A DNA stretch of 64,000 nucleotides from Octopus vulgaris (GCA_951406725.2 OX597816.1:87172001-87236000); one strand, 5' to 3'. Positions 26,807-41,222 are shown, counted from the stretch's first letter. Notes: a model not told the origin generated them from the letters alone. Program-made: numbers and translations.

Positions 26807-26989
26807 ATATATGTATTTATATGACGGGCTTCTTCCATTTCTGTCCACGAAGTCCACTCACAAGGCTTTAGTCGGCCCGAAACTATAGTAGAAAACATTT
26901 GACCAATGGGCCACGCAGTGGGACTGAACCCGGAACTGTGTGGTTGGAAAGCAAGCTTCTTACCACGCAAGACTCCTGCGCCTATAAAT

Positions 26990-27021
<32 letters not shown>

Positions 27022-27232
27022 CTCAACATGTGATCTCTTGAGCACCACCAGCAAAAAAAATTTTTTCCTGTCTTCCCTTCTCGGGATCTTTCCTTCTCCT
27101 TTGTTTCCGACGAGAGCTCCGCTCGAAACGTTTAAGCCCTCCTTCTTTCCTGAGCGTCAAATAATACTTTAATTGTTCCACGTCCTCGCGTTGCTGTGTT
27201 TTTTTTTTTGTGTTTTCTTGTTTGGATTAACT
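27022..27232 (+). mobile_element. Second pLTR-like copy with hammerhead (core CCGACGA)
   Basis: TTT-CCGACGA-GAGC-tcc-GCTC-GAAACGTT at about 27104-27132; TA-flanked. Confidence 0.75.
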
Positions 27233-28179
27233 ATATATATATATATATATATATATACGTACATATATATATATATATAAACATATACATATATGTGTGT
27301 GTATGTATGTATGTATGTATGTGTGTATATACATATGTATTAATAATAAATATATAACCATGTGTGCTATGTAGTTATGCATGTGTGTATATAATGATTT
27401 CGACTAAGCTTTGCGATATAATACACGAACAAAAACAGCGTATATGCATATGTCAACATCACACCATTTGAAAATTTCCCATACTTGCCTTCTGCATTCA
27501 AAACTTATAGTTCAAGCCCAGGCTACCACGCATTGGTATGAAAAAAAGGACTGTAATTTAAGCATTCTCTCTGTTTTTAATGCAATGACTATAACGTGTT
27601 TACGACAATCATACGCTTGTGTTTATCTGACATTTATGTATGGTAACGCTCTACTCGCATACGAGTATGCTCACTCACCTCTTAGACGCAGATACTACTT
27701 CTTAAAGAGCAGCAACAACAGAAAAACAACGCTGCCGCCCGGGTGATTGGAGACTCGAGACTGTTCCTGCCTGCAATATAACTTCTTTTGACTTTGTGGT
27801 TTTCATAATTTTTTTTCTACTTGATATTTATTTTAATGATATAGTGTACATAGAAGTGGATTCATGTCTTGTTTTAATATATTTCAGTTGGAACTTACGC
27901 ATGAATGTATGTATGTATGTAGGTATGTCTATAAATGCACATGCATGTATACATGTGTAGACACTCATACAGACACAAACACAAGCGCGCGCGTATGTGT
28001 GTATGTTTTGTTTAATATCCTCTACATATGTGTATGTGCGTTGGTAGAAGAGTCCACGTATATAAAATATATATATGCATTCATATATGCATATATATGT
28101 GTTTGTATGTAAGCGTGTATATATACAACATATATATATACCAATATACGAATGTATATATAAATATATATAAATATAC

Positions 28180-28224
<45 letters not shown>

Positions 28225-28230
28225 GTATAT

Positions 28231-28299
<69 letters not shown>

Positions 28300-29226
28300 C
28301 TTATATATACATATACTTATATATATATTCATTCGTATATTGATATATATATATATATATATGTGTGTAGTATATATGTACGCTTACATACAAACACATA
28401 ACACACAAGCATACAGACTACCAAACGAAACTTTGTAGGCGAATACTAATTAATAACAGTTGTGTACCTATACAGACTAAGAAGAAAGAGATAGCTATGG
28501 AATGTTTGTTAATAGCAAATAGAAGCTCAAAATCAACACACACATTTATATGAACTTAGTAATAAAATGAAATCAGTTATTGATAGTTAAAAAAAACTTA
28601 AAAGTTAACGGGTACTAAATGATAAATCCGATGACGGTTATTTCATCAGTTATAATAATTCTGTTTGTTCCTCTGTTACTCCGTGGAGGGCAGGGGAGAG
28701 GGTGCAGGTGGAAGAGAAGAGGAGGGGAAGGGAAAGGTGATGGTGTGTGAAATGTGTGATTTTTTAAACTAAGTTTTTTCCTCCGTTACTTAGCCCGTGT
28801 GTAACGCTTTCACGTGATTAGTTATAGAGAACGGCGAAGATCGTGAGAAAAACAGAGAAAAATAAAAAGGAGAGAGAAAAGGGGTAAGGCGAAGACTGAG
28901 AGAGAAAGCGGGAGAGTGTTGTGTAACACAACACAGGCTACGCTTTCAAGTTTTTTTTAAATAAAGTTTTCAGAAATAACCCAGTAAGTTTACCATTAAT
29001 TCTATGAATTTACAGGTTCCGCTAGTTCATATGATTATTATAACTACTAATTCATTCAGGTATTGAGACTGAGAATGTCTAGAAGTATTAATTGACTCAA
29101 GTAATTTTGTTTCAAAATATATACAAAGTATTCATAAGCATTATGCAAAATTATCACTAAAAAATTATTATCTCGAAAGACTGACGTGCCTTCAACAAAA
29201 CACACCCATTTCTACAACACACCCAT

Positions 29227-29456
29227 TTCTTTACTACCAACAAGGTGCTAAACACAGAGCAGACAAACAAGGACAGACAAACGGATTAAGTCGATTATAT
29301 CGACCTCAGTGCGTGACTGGTACTTAATTTATCGACCCTGAAAGGATGAAAGGCAAAGTCGACCTTGGCGGAATTTGAACTCAGAACGTAGCGGCGGACG
29401 AAATACGGCTACGCATTTCACCCGGCGTGCTAACGATTCTGCCAGCTCACAGCCTT
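29227..29456 (-). mobile_element. Full-length Deu/Nin-domain tRNA SINE
   Basis: Reverse complement of the 8733-8965 family; imperfect TSD CTACAA(A)CACACC. Confidence 0.88.
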
Positions 29457-30882
29457 GTTCCTACAAACACACCGACATACTGGAGGAATCCAGCCTTTAA
29501 TGTTATTCTGGACTAATAAGAATCCCAGGAAATCCATGTTTCTCATCCCTTCACCAAACACTCCAATGCCAGTTGTTTTCAGTTCAGCGTCAAGTTCCTG
29601 TAGTCTGTAATAGCTTTGAGCGTCATGTGATATACAAGATGTTGAACATTTATAATTCCTCAGTACTGTAGTTAACGCAGAAATACCAAGAATTCTTGGA
29701 GTATTTCGTACTACTGGCAGCCAACAAGTTATTTAGACGGTTTGGAGCTTCTCTTCCAGCAGAATTTTATACTTATAAGAAGTGCTAAAACAATTACTGA
29801 CTGGTTTTCTGATCATAGCAACAACTTTCATACGTGGCCACGTAACTCACCTGACATGAAGCTTGTAGATGACCAATTTGTGTTCTGGCAATCAATGAGG
29901 GCTAAAAGCTACTAATCGCATAAAACAGTGTTTGTCATGGGTTGGCTTCTGCTATGCCACGGCGTACTGGCGTAGCAACAGGAGCTAGAATGACATTCCA
30001 TACCATCATTAGAATCTCTACACATTTTGCACAATTTTAGTGATTTCGTTTTCATACTCAGATATAATATTTCTTATGTATCGAGAGATTTAACTCTTTA
30101 TACAAACCACAAATATATACCTTTATACCTTTATACAAACCACAAATATTTGTATGTATGAATAAAATACAGGGAGCAGAGTGGTTTAGGAATAATGAAA
30201 CTGGTATAATTAAAATCGTAAAGCTCTGACTCAACTGTTAACAAATTTTTGCATAATAGACTAATTTTCTAAGACGCACCTATATATATGTAAATATATA
30301 GATAAAGTACATACATATGACTGACACGTATGACATGGGGTGACATACAAGTTTGAATAGACAACCTGTGCAAATATTCATAAATTGGTGCCTTATGCAG
30401 GATTAACTTTAACAACGCTACAGAATTATTTTCCTTTATGAGTGGGCTCTTATAGCTTTAGAATATGTCTATGCATTGTGCATACATACACACATACACG
30501 CAGACATACAGATATATAAGTACGTATGTATGTATGTATGTATGTATGTATGTATGTATGTATGTATGTATTTACATTACCAAAAAGTTTCAGGTGTGGT
30601 GAAACGGCTAGCAGTATATATTCACCAATATGAATAGTTCTATGCTGACGACGATAGGAACTGAATAGAGAATGTGTTTAACTTCATTTGATCAATGAAT
30701 AAAAGTCGTTGCGGGTATCATGTGGGAGTGGTTGTGAATATATGTATGTGTTGTGTATGCAAAAATATGTGTAACTTTATACATAAATATTTTAATATCT
30801 ATATGTGTGTGTGTGTGTGTGTATGTGTATATATCTGAGTGTGTGTAATATTTATAAAAATATACATATATAAATAAATATA

Positions 30883-30968
<86 letters not shown>

Positions 30969-30971
<3 letters not shown>

Positions 30972-32222
30972 GGTGCGTAAGGTATTTGATGACATACCTT
31001 TTGGGAGTCATTGCTGCATTTTTTGCTAAGTTTGTATAATCTTTGTTTCAGAAAATAATAATGGCAAACCTTCAGCTTACTCAAGAAATGAAGAGGCATG
31101 CAGTTATTGTAGTATTAAAGGTTGAGCATAGCGATTTAGAAATATCTCGAATTTTAAAAGTTGCCAGATCTTTCGTCTATAAAGCTTGTAAGGAGCTAGA
31201 GACTGAAGATGGAAACGTATCGTCAGTGTGAAAGTATAAAAGACATACTAAACGCTCTGAAATCATCAGAACATCTGAATTTATCCACTAAGTTCAACTG
31301 ACCATTGATTACAGAATGTCCATGAGGTCAATTGCAAACGATCTCCATGTGTGAGAAGGAACAGTCGGATATATTGTCCACGAAGACATCAGATATAAGT
31401 TTTATATGATGAGGAAAGATCTATTTGTCAAAAAATGCAAAATAAATTCACTATATCAGATCTAAAAGGCTCTTAAACAAACTGAAAAATCCAGCCGAAG
31501 ATTTGATTTGGTTTTTATCAAACGAGAAAAACTTCGAACAAGACCAAAAAGTTAACAGAAAAAAATGACAGGTGGTTATGTGCAGACCCTTCCAAGTGTT
31601 ATTCATACAAAATTTCCTGTAACAGTCACGGTTTTAGGAGCTCTCAGCAATGAAGGACATGTGATGCCGCCTTACTTCTTTCCACAAGGCCTTATAGTTA
31701 ATTCTGCTGCCTACATTGAGGTTCTGGAAATAATTGTTAAGCCCTGGATAGACAGTGTATGCAATAGAAGGCCATATGTGTTTCAGTAGGACTCTGCGCT
31801 ACCACACATGGCTCTAGTAACACAGGAGTGGATGGCTGAAAATTTTCATGATCACGTAACTCGTAATATTTGGCCTCCTAATTCCCCATTTTTCAATACA
31901 TTGGACTATTTACATGTGAAGCATTGTTGAGAGAGAGGTCAATGAACACGCCCATAACACCAAAGATTCCTAGAAAGCTGCCATAGTCAGAGTAGTGTCC
32001 AAAATGAACCAGGACCATTTTATTTGAGCATGTAGATGATTTAGATCTCATATAGAAGCAGTTGTTGAAGCTGAAGGTGGCTTTATTGAATAACATTATA
32101 GGAAAGAAGGTTTATTTTTATTCTCATAGCAATTTTTTTATAAATAAAGTTATTATCTGTTATTATGTATCTGTTTTGTTTTTATAAACATAAAACTGTC
32201 CACAAATATCTTATGCACGATG
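30969..32222 (+). mobile_element. Full-length but inactivated Tc1/mariner DD37D (maT-type) transposon
   Basis: TIRs CAGGGTGCGTAAGGTATTTG and CAAATATCTTATGCACGATG. Transposase pseudogene at about 31061-32093 with stops and frameshifts: MANLQLTQEMKRHAVIV.., WFLSNEKNF, YVFQ*D-SALPH..WPPNSPFFNTL-D (37-aa spacing). Embedded in (TG)n. Confidence 0.92.
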
Positions 32223-32334
<112 letters not shown>

Positions 32335-32719
32335 CGTGTGTGTGTATGTATGTATGTATGTATGTATGGATGGATGGATGGATGGATGGATGGATGGATG
32401 GATGGATCAAAACAGTTTGACTTATTGTGGTATGGTAGTGTGTGGGTGGTGGTGTGTGGTGTATGTTGGGGTGTGGGGCAAACGAGAGTGGGGGAAGCAA
32501 GGTAGGGTTCTAAGGGATGGGGTGGGTGGGATGGGATGTATAGGGGTGGTGGGGGTGAAATGTGTACGGTGGGGTAACGAGGGAAGGGTGACGATGAAGG
32601 GAGAGAGTGGAAGGCAGAAGATGGGTAGGAGTGAAGAGAGGAAGAGAAGTGTCAAGGCAAGAGAAGAGAAATGGGTGCTAGGAAGTAGGTGTGTGAGGAA
32701 GAGAGGAGATAGGAGGAGG

Positions 32720-33384
32720 GCTAGATGAAGAGGAGAGGAGACATGAGCCCATGTGGCACACAGGAGCAAAGAGAGAAGATGGGAGACCGTATGGACCCTG
32801 TGCAAGGACAATCCGAACACAGACAGGTGTTGTAAAGAGTGACCGGTAGAGCGGAAATGACGCAAGACCGGGGTGTCGTTGCAGTCAGATGTCTCGGAGG
32901 TGTTCCGCGAACCGGGAAGCCAAGCGGCGTCTCGTTTGATCGATGTATAGAGAAGGGCAGAGAGAGCAGGAGATGCAGTAGATGACGTTGCTAGAAGCGC
33001 AGGTGAAGGAGTCAGTGATATGATAGGGTTGATGAGGGGTGCCTGTGAGGAGGGTGGTGCTGGAGAGGTAAGGGCAGGTGAAGCACCGTGGACCAGAGCA
33101 GAGGAACGAACCGCGTTGGGAGGTTGGGTTAAGGCGGAAGCTTGTGGGCTCGTTTGAAGGAGAGGGTTGGTTAGGGAAGATGTGCGAAGTGGAGGAGTCG
33201 GACAAGAGTGCCGGAAGGCTCGGTGAATGGTGCGTTGGAGAGGTGAGAGGTAGAGTGGTGGGGTGGTAGGTGAGAGGAAACAGAAGATGGGTAACGGCGG
33301 GGCGAATGAGGAGGAGAGAGCCGATGCACGCCACGGAACGTACTCTGGCAAGGGCGGTGTGTATAGTGATGAGGGGATATCCAT
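32720..33384 (-). mobile_element. Penelope-like element 3' fragment (RT thumb, Zn motif, GIY-YIG endonuclease)
   Basis: FPLTYHP..CSGPRCFTCPY..FTCASSNVIYCISCSLCPSLYIDQTRRRLASRFAEH, then after a frameshift PVLRHFRSTGHSLQHLSVFGL. Confidence 0.92.
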
Positions 33385-33601
33385 ATTCTTTTATTCTTTT
33401 ACTTGTTCCAGTCCTTTAACTGTGGCCATACAGGAGCAACGCCTTCTTTCGAACAAATCGACCTCAGGTCTTATTCTTTGTAGACCCAGTTCTTATTCTA
33501 TTGGTCTCTTTTGCCGAGGACGTATACACCAACATCGGTTGTCAAGTGACGTGGTGGGTTAGGGGCACAAAAACAGACACAGAAATACATACATATATTT
33601 G

Positions 33602-33643
<42 letters not shown>

Positions 33644-33692
33644 CATATATGCACGTGCATTTATATATACATATATTCACATGCATATACAT

Positions 33693-33740
<48 letters not shown>

Positions 33741-33903
33741 ATATATATATACATATGTAAATATACATATATATGTTTGTGTGTGTGTAATCTTACTTCA
33801 AATATATATATATACGTTGTTGGAAGTCTTCTTATATCAAAATATATTAGATAGAAAAATCTATATGTATATATACATCAAGATGTGGGTACGCACACAT
33901 ACG

Positions 33904-33983
<80 letters not shown>

Positions 33984-34472
33984 CAGACAGGCAGGCAGGC
34001 AGACAGACAGGCAGGCAGACAGACAGGCAGACAGACAGACAAATACATACATACGTACATACATACATGTATTCATACATACAATCATGCATACATACAT
34101 ACATAAACTTACATAGCAGCAACAAACAGAGGTAGTCGAGTGTAGTTAATTTCATTATGTATGCCATAGGCTACAACACGGTATTTCTGCGCAGAATCAC
34201 GTAATTTCATTTGACCTTCGTGTCTCAAACAAAAACAATAAAACAGACACGAAAAATACACATAGAAATAATAAAATTATATTCATGTAAATCTTATATT
34301 TGTGATTATTATTATCATTATTATTGTTGTTGTTCTTGATGCAGTTCGAGATATTCGTGCAATAGTCAACAGCTCAGCACATTATATATTATATATCCAT
34401 ATAGTTAGACAGATAAATAGATAGATACATTCATACATACATACATACATAAATACAGCTACACACACACAC

Positions 34473-34531
<59 letters not shown>

Positions 34532-34632
34532 TATATATAGTCCATATATATATAGTCTATTGACTGGTTTTTCTACACGCTAGGACCACGGTGGTAAAAA
34601 ATTTCTAAATAATATTTTACGCCCCTGAAATT

Positions 34633-34693
<61 letters not shown>

Positions 34694-34834
34694 CCTGAGG
34701 CTATAGCAGAAGACACCTGACCAACTCGCCAGACAGTGGGACTGAACCCAGAACTATGGAAAACAAACTTCTGCCCCGTCACACACACACACACATATAT
34801 ATACATACATATATATATATATGTGTGCGTGTAT

Positions 34835-34866
<32 letters not shown>

Positions 34867-35036
34867 AAACGTGTCCTATGACAGAAGTATGAAAAAGATA
34901 AAAGACGAAAGAATATATGATTATATATATGTGTGTGTGTGTGAGTGTCTACATATATATATATATATATATACACGTTCACATATAACACATGTAGCGA
35001 GCTATCTGTGTCCCCTTACCTCGCTCAATTTCTGTG

Positions 35037-35109
<73 letters not shown>

Positions 35110-35534
35110 TGTAGATAGTTTGAACTATATGAGAAGGTACGAATGAGTGCGTGCAAATATGTATGTGTAAGCGGTCGTACATTCGGGTCTGTAATTGTGT
35201 GACTATGAGTCAGACACACTCATAAATACATGACCTCGTAGAAGCTTTAAAAGTGCTGGCGAATTGGGTTGTGACTATTTTTCGAGGTAACTAATTTCTC
35301 TGCTTGGTTGGGATAATTAATATCTCCCATTTGTAATGTATATTCTTGATATAGCGCCAAAATATGAATATCCAATAATTTTTACCCTGCAAGCTCTTAT
35401 TGCAATTGGTGCGGCTAAGTGAATTAGTAAAGAACGCGTTTTTATCTAGCATGTCACACACTCCTGTCCAAAACTCCAGTGCTAGGTGAAGTAACAGAGA
35501 TGATGATCATGATGATTATGATGATGCTTATCCG

Positions 35535-35965
35535 TTCTGCTAAAGGCACAAGGGCTGAAATTTGGCGGGAGGTGGCTAGTCGATTACATCGACCCATGTA
35601 CTTGTCAGGTGCTTATTTTCTCGACCCGTAAAGAATGAAAAGCAAAGTTGACCACGTCTGAATTTGACGAAATACCGCTAAGCATTTTGCCTGACGTGCT
35701 AATGATTCTACCAGCTCACCACCTTTGGTGCCGGTTACAAATTTTGGCACAAGGTCAGCAACTTAGGAGGTGAGGTAGGTTGATTACATCGACCCCAGTG
35801 CTCAAATGTTGCTTATTTTATCGACCCCAAATAGATAGAAGACAAGGGATAGAAGAATGAAAGGCAAAGTCGACCTCGACGGAATTTGAACTCACAACGT
35901 AGCGACGGGCGAAATACCGCTAAGCATTTCGTCCAGCGTCCTGACGATTCTGGCTGCTTGCTGCC

Positions 35966-35967
<2 letters not shown>
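35535..35967 (-). mobile_element. Tandem pair of Deu/Nin-domain SINEs
   Basis: Two consecutive copies of GCACAAGG..GATTACATCGACCC..GAATGAAA.GCAAAGT.GACC..CATTT.G.C..GCT..C..CCTT. Confidence 0.85.
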
Positions 35968-36056
<89 letters not shown>

Positions 36057-36139
36057 CGACGACGGCGGCGGCAGCGATTTATATTATATATGTGTGGTGG
36101 TGGTGGTGATGGTGGTGGTGGTGGTGGTGGTGGTGGTGG

Positions 36140-36181
<42 letters not shown>

Positions 36182-36182
<1 letters not shown>

Positions 36183-37699
36183 AGCTCTAAAATGAAATAG
36201 AAAATCCGCAAGGAATGCTGCCGAAGGGTAAGAATGGTCCAAAACTCAGAATTAAATGCTGCCAACAGAATTAATGCGATCTATTCTTTAGCCATATCAG
36301 TAACCTCGTATGGCTTCAGTATCGTTAAGTGGAGTTTCACTGACATGCAGAATATGTATGGAAAGATTTGTAAAATCCTTACAAGGTACTGAATGCACCA
36401 TCCAAAATCAGATGTAGACAGGATTTATCTCCCAAGAAAAATAGGAGGAAGAGGCCTGATACAGCTCGAACAACCCTTCAAATCAGCAATGATAGGCCTT
36501 GAAACGTACCTTAATACAGCTAGTGATGTGCTCTTACGAACTGCTCTGAAGCAAGAAGATTCCAAACAAGCTTCAGTCATGGAGCTTTGTCAGAAATTTA
36601 AAAAGTCTCTTGGACTACAAGTTAACAATAAGAATGACCAAAGACACCCAAATACTGACAGACCTACTATTGCTTCTCTTGATTTAGAAATTAACAATCA
36701 GAAAGACCAATGAGATCCAAATAGGGACAAACCTATCACTGATGCAAGAAACATCACACAAAAAGAAAGCTTGCACGAATAATGTGCAAAGACAACTAGA
36801 AAGGCAAACTCCTGCAAGGAAAATACTCTAACCGCCTGTCCAAGCCAGATATTGATCAAGACCTAACATACCAATGGCTATAAGGGTCAGGTCTGAAATA
36901 AGAAACAGAAGGTTTTTGTTATTGCAGCGCAAGATCAGAGCTTACCTATCAGAAACTACCATGCAAGCATCCGTAAAGGTAGATCTGACCCCTCATGCAG
37001 GATTTGCGGAAAATTTACAGAGACAATTGATCATGTTGTTTCTGGCTGCCCAGTCTTCGCTGAAAAGGAGCACCTCATCAGTTCCATGACAGACGAGGGC
37101 AGTACATCCACTGGAATGCTTTTTAAATACTACAAAATCAAATCCCATGATAAGTGGTACAGGCACCATCGAGAGGATGTAGTAAATGGCGAGGGCGTCA
37201 CCATCTTTTGGAACTTCCAAATACAAACAGAGAGCAAAATTGACTCCAATCGACCAGACATTGTGATCAAGGACTGTAACAGAGGAAGTTGTCTGTTAAT
37301 AGGTATGTCAAAATATCTCAAGAAAAGAATACGAAAAGCTTTCTCACTATAAAGATCTGCAAGTTGAAATCACAAATATGTGGAATCTTAGTACTATGAT
37401 AATACCAGTAGTAATTGGTGCATTGGCAATGATAAAAAAGAGAGCTGAGAAGTATAGTAAGCAACTCCCTGGTAACTCCAATCTCCGTGAACTACAAAAG
37501 ATACCCTTGATGGGTACAGCGTATGTACTACAGAAAGCACTCTCCATCTAAAATGGAATAAATGTGGAGATAATTTTAGCATGTATAGCAAAACAAAAGT
37601 GTCCTTGTTACTCTTGGCCTCCGGGGGATGCCCGATACAAAGGCAGCTGAAATAAAGTTATAATGAAAAGAAACCATAAATAACAATAATAATAATAAT

Positions 37700-37732
<33 letters not shown>

Positions 37733-37736
37733 AATG
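36182..37736 (+). mobile_element. 5'-truncated R4/Dong-clade LINE with restriction-like endonuclease, in a trinucleotide microsatellite
   Basis: MHHPKSDVDRIYLPRKIGGRGL; ETEGF..AAQDQSL; CCHC knuckle CRICGKFTETIDHVVSGC; RLE motif NRPDIVIKD; C-terminus IPVVIGALAMIKK..LQKALSI* (37550). (AAT/AAC)n tail; (TAA)(TGA)(TGG)n upstream. Confidence 0.92.
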
Positions 37737-38133
37737 AAGGTTCCTGTAAATATAATGAAATACATCGAATTACAAATCGTGTGGTGTGGACAAACAAAAG
37801 TTGTATAAAAATATTAGTTGTATAAAAATATTATAACAGAATAGTCGGCTAAGAAACGTAATGACAGGAGATAAAGGTAAAATTATATAAAATACAATTA
37901 AAACAAGATATTTAATTTTGAACACATGTAAAGAAGAAAAATGCAGTTAAGTTTATTATTGCACTCGCAGGTAGGAACCAATTGACTCAACTGGGCCTAC
38001 GCACCCAAAAACTGGGCTTCAGCCATTTCTAAAGCTAAATTCTGATACACTCTAAGCATTATATTCTTATTTCTGTATTGAGTGAAGTTTTTATCTTATG
38101 TGTAAACTCAACTCCCATCACTGTAAGCGTCCA

Positions 38134-38166
<33 letters not shown>

Positions 38167-38203
38167 GTCTATCTTTATCTATCTAACTATCTATCACTAT
38201 CTA

Positions 38204-38252
<49 letters not shown>

Positions 38253-39095
38253 CTCTCTTTCTGCGTCTACACATACACACGTACATTCTTACATGTATGT
38301 ATGTGAGTGCGTGTGCTTATGTTTGCGTGTGTGTGTGTGAAAGAAAGAGAGAGAGAGATGGTCGTTTGTGGTTACAAAAGTTGAAAACCTTTAATCAATG
38401 TAAAAGCAAAAAGTATTAATTACATTAAAATCTGAGGTTCCATTAACTGATATACTGAATTTCATAGTCTTGTCTATTTAAATAATTTATTGTGTGAAAA
38501 TAAATGTCAAAATAAGAATCCGGAAGATACAAGCTTCTAATAAACAACGCGTGCGCGCGGTTGTGGGTGGGTGTGTTTATATGTGTATTGTATTAAAAAC
38601 ATGATGTTTTTAACATTTTAGTGCTTTTCTTCGAATTTCGTTTCGGATTCTAAATAGGTTATTTGAAATATACAATCTTTTTCGTCACCTTTTGAAGTTA
38701 CACAATTTCCGGTAATAACCAATGCTTCAATCTTCTCTAATAAAGCACTTGGTTGGCTTCTTGACTGAAAGTCAAGGATATATAACTGTAACGTTAAACT
38801 GGCCGGATAACTGCCTGATTTAGTTTTTAATCAATTGATCTCATATTAGAACCTTGATTTCTCTAGAAGACCACCTGAACACGGTTACCATATTTTCAAA
38901 CTGCTTTCATCGATCTACCATTTTTATGGATGTGGAAAAAGCGCAGGTGGGATAATAAGGAATTCATTTTCGTTTAAAGATTAGTTGGAGCAGTTCGAAT
39001 ATATTACCAGTTTGCCCTACTTTATTATTTGTTTCCATCGTGGTGCTGATCACCCATTTATGAAACTCCAGATTTTCTTCATAAACTTTCAATAA

Positions 39096-39378
39096 CACAG
39101 CTCTTCAATATCTTCCCGAAGGACCTGAGAGACCTGCATGGGGTGGATGCAGATGTCTTCAAAATAAAGGTGGACCTCTTCCTGTCAGGTGTCCCAGATG
39201 AACCAACTTCACGGCAGGAGGTGCAGATGAGGGCAGCTGTATCAAACTATCTCATGCACCAAATGTCAATTGCTAAAAAGCATTCGCGAAGTAAAATCGT
39301 GTAGCAACACCGAATGGCGGTGCCCCAGCATGGCCACAGCTTGTGAACTGAAACTAGAAGAAATGAAATGAAATGAAA
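39096..39378 (+). mobile_element. 3' end of a CR1-group LINE
   Basis: QLFNIFPKDLRDLHGVDADVFKIKVDLFLSGVPDEPT..RAAVSN, a 3'UTR motif GGCGGTGCCCCAGCATGGCCACAG and a (GAAAT)n tail. Confidence 0.8.
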
Positions 39379-40379
39379 ACTTGTAACCTTTACTTTCATG
39401 CTTAAGTTATGCCTCTTCTTAAAACAATATCATATTAGCTGATATCTGCGTCATTTGCTCCAAAGTCCACCCACATACTCCAGTAGTTCTATAACCATAA
39501 TTTTTACGGCTTTCTCCAGTGTCCTCCATGTCCTTTCTGCTCTGTTTTCTTTAATGTTTCTTCCTGATTTTTCCACTCACGAATCACTTTTTTTTTTTTT
39601 TTTTGCGGTTGGTTGTGACCCGTATTGTTGCTTAGCTTTTCGCTTGTTATTTGCAATAATCAACCACTTGTAGTCAGCAACAAATTGTGTATGGTTGTCC
39701 TTTCGACTTAGTTACCATCGAGTAGAGTCGAAGAAGCTTATCGTCAATTGAATCACTGAGCAGATAACAGATGGCGACTTCTTTGGTGATACTTCTCTTA
39801 GCTTACAGATGGTGTGTGAGATACCATTATTGTTGATTCACCAAAGCAAATTGACATTTAGTAACAAGCTTACTTGTAAACTTCATATACGTTTCCATCA
39901 ATAAATTACAAAACTAACACATAATGTAATCATAGTAGTGGGATACATTAATATATATATATATATATTAGCCGGTGTTTTCAAAGCGATGAATAGCTTT
40001 TTGCGGAAACCATGGTTCGCTTTGTTTTCTGACTTTATAATCATCTTATAATCATCTCATAATAATGACTTTTATGACTTTTATTACTACCTCAGTCCAT
40101 CTAAATGTATATATTTGTCATTACCTGTCATAAAAAGCCTTTTTTTTTATTTACAATGTGCATTTTCGTTGATTTTTCATATTTTACCCTTACATTTCCA
40201 CGTGTATTTTGTATTTTCTTTTTGTAACATATTTCTACTATATATATATATATATATATATAAGGCTTATGTAATGACACTAGTATTCTAGTGAGAACTG
40301 GGCGCAGCTGCCACACTCTGTTCTACAACCCGATTGTTTAGTGATAAAGCACAAAGTATGAATCGAGAAGACACAGTAT

Positions 40380-40950
40380 TTCATGTACAGCTACTTTTAG
40401 CTCTTCCTTTGATTCAGGAATTAACTTAGCATTTCTCCCATGAAACACCAAGTTCGTTATTCTGTAAAAACATTTTTTCCCTTTTTCTTAGATGTTTCCC
40501 ATCAATGTTAAACACAGGTAGCACTTTTTATCTCTTCACTTTGTCTGTAATCCCATTTGTTATTTTGTGAGCTTCTCTGATTCCTCCACAGGCTCTTGTA
40601 TTCAGAAATTTTTCTGTTCCATCGGCTTTCATTTTCAAGAATCTTCTTTCTCCTCTTCTTTTTCAGTTCTCTGTTGATACTCTAATATTTAGCTATTTTC
40701 ACTTTAAGCTTCGTCTTATTCCTTTCCCAACTTTCAACAATTCGTTTTTGCTCCTTACGTGTCTTAATAACTTCGCGTGTTTCATCTAAAATCCGTTTCC
40801 TTCCTTTTTATCTTTCTTTTGCTCAAAACAACCTCGGCTACATTCGGGCATACTTCCTTTGCATTCTTTAACTTACCATTGTTGTCTACATTTTCAACTA
40901 CAGCGTCCAGCAGCACAAATCGATTTCCAAATTGAACTACAATTTATCTT
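40380..40950 (-). mobile_element. Degraded RTE-like LINE fragment
   Basis: NRFVLLD..VAEVVLSKRKIKRK..ILDETREVIKTRKEQKR resembles the RTE EN-RT linker and is similar to the 59.1 kb fragment. Confidence 0.5.
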
Positions 40951-41222
40951 TAATTATATCAACCTCCAACATTTTTTATATCAAATTTAGTAATCCCTTC
41001 CCTATTTTTCTTTAACCTTAACCTTTAATTGAATTGTTCCTATTACAAACTGATGGTCACTTGTGATATATGTGCCTTAAAAGGTTCTACCACTGAAAAG
41101 GGATTTTTAACGTTGCATATGTATCAAAATATAACGTATGTTATTCCGATATTTTTTTATATGGAGATGTCTAAGTATATCTTTGTAGTTAAAGAAATTA
41201 TCTTTCCACATGGTGAGATTGT

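Noticed and set aside
32422-33384. 320-aa ORF as a host gene
   Set aside because: It is mostly an alternative frame of a frameshifted Penelope fragment plus low-complexity sequence.
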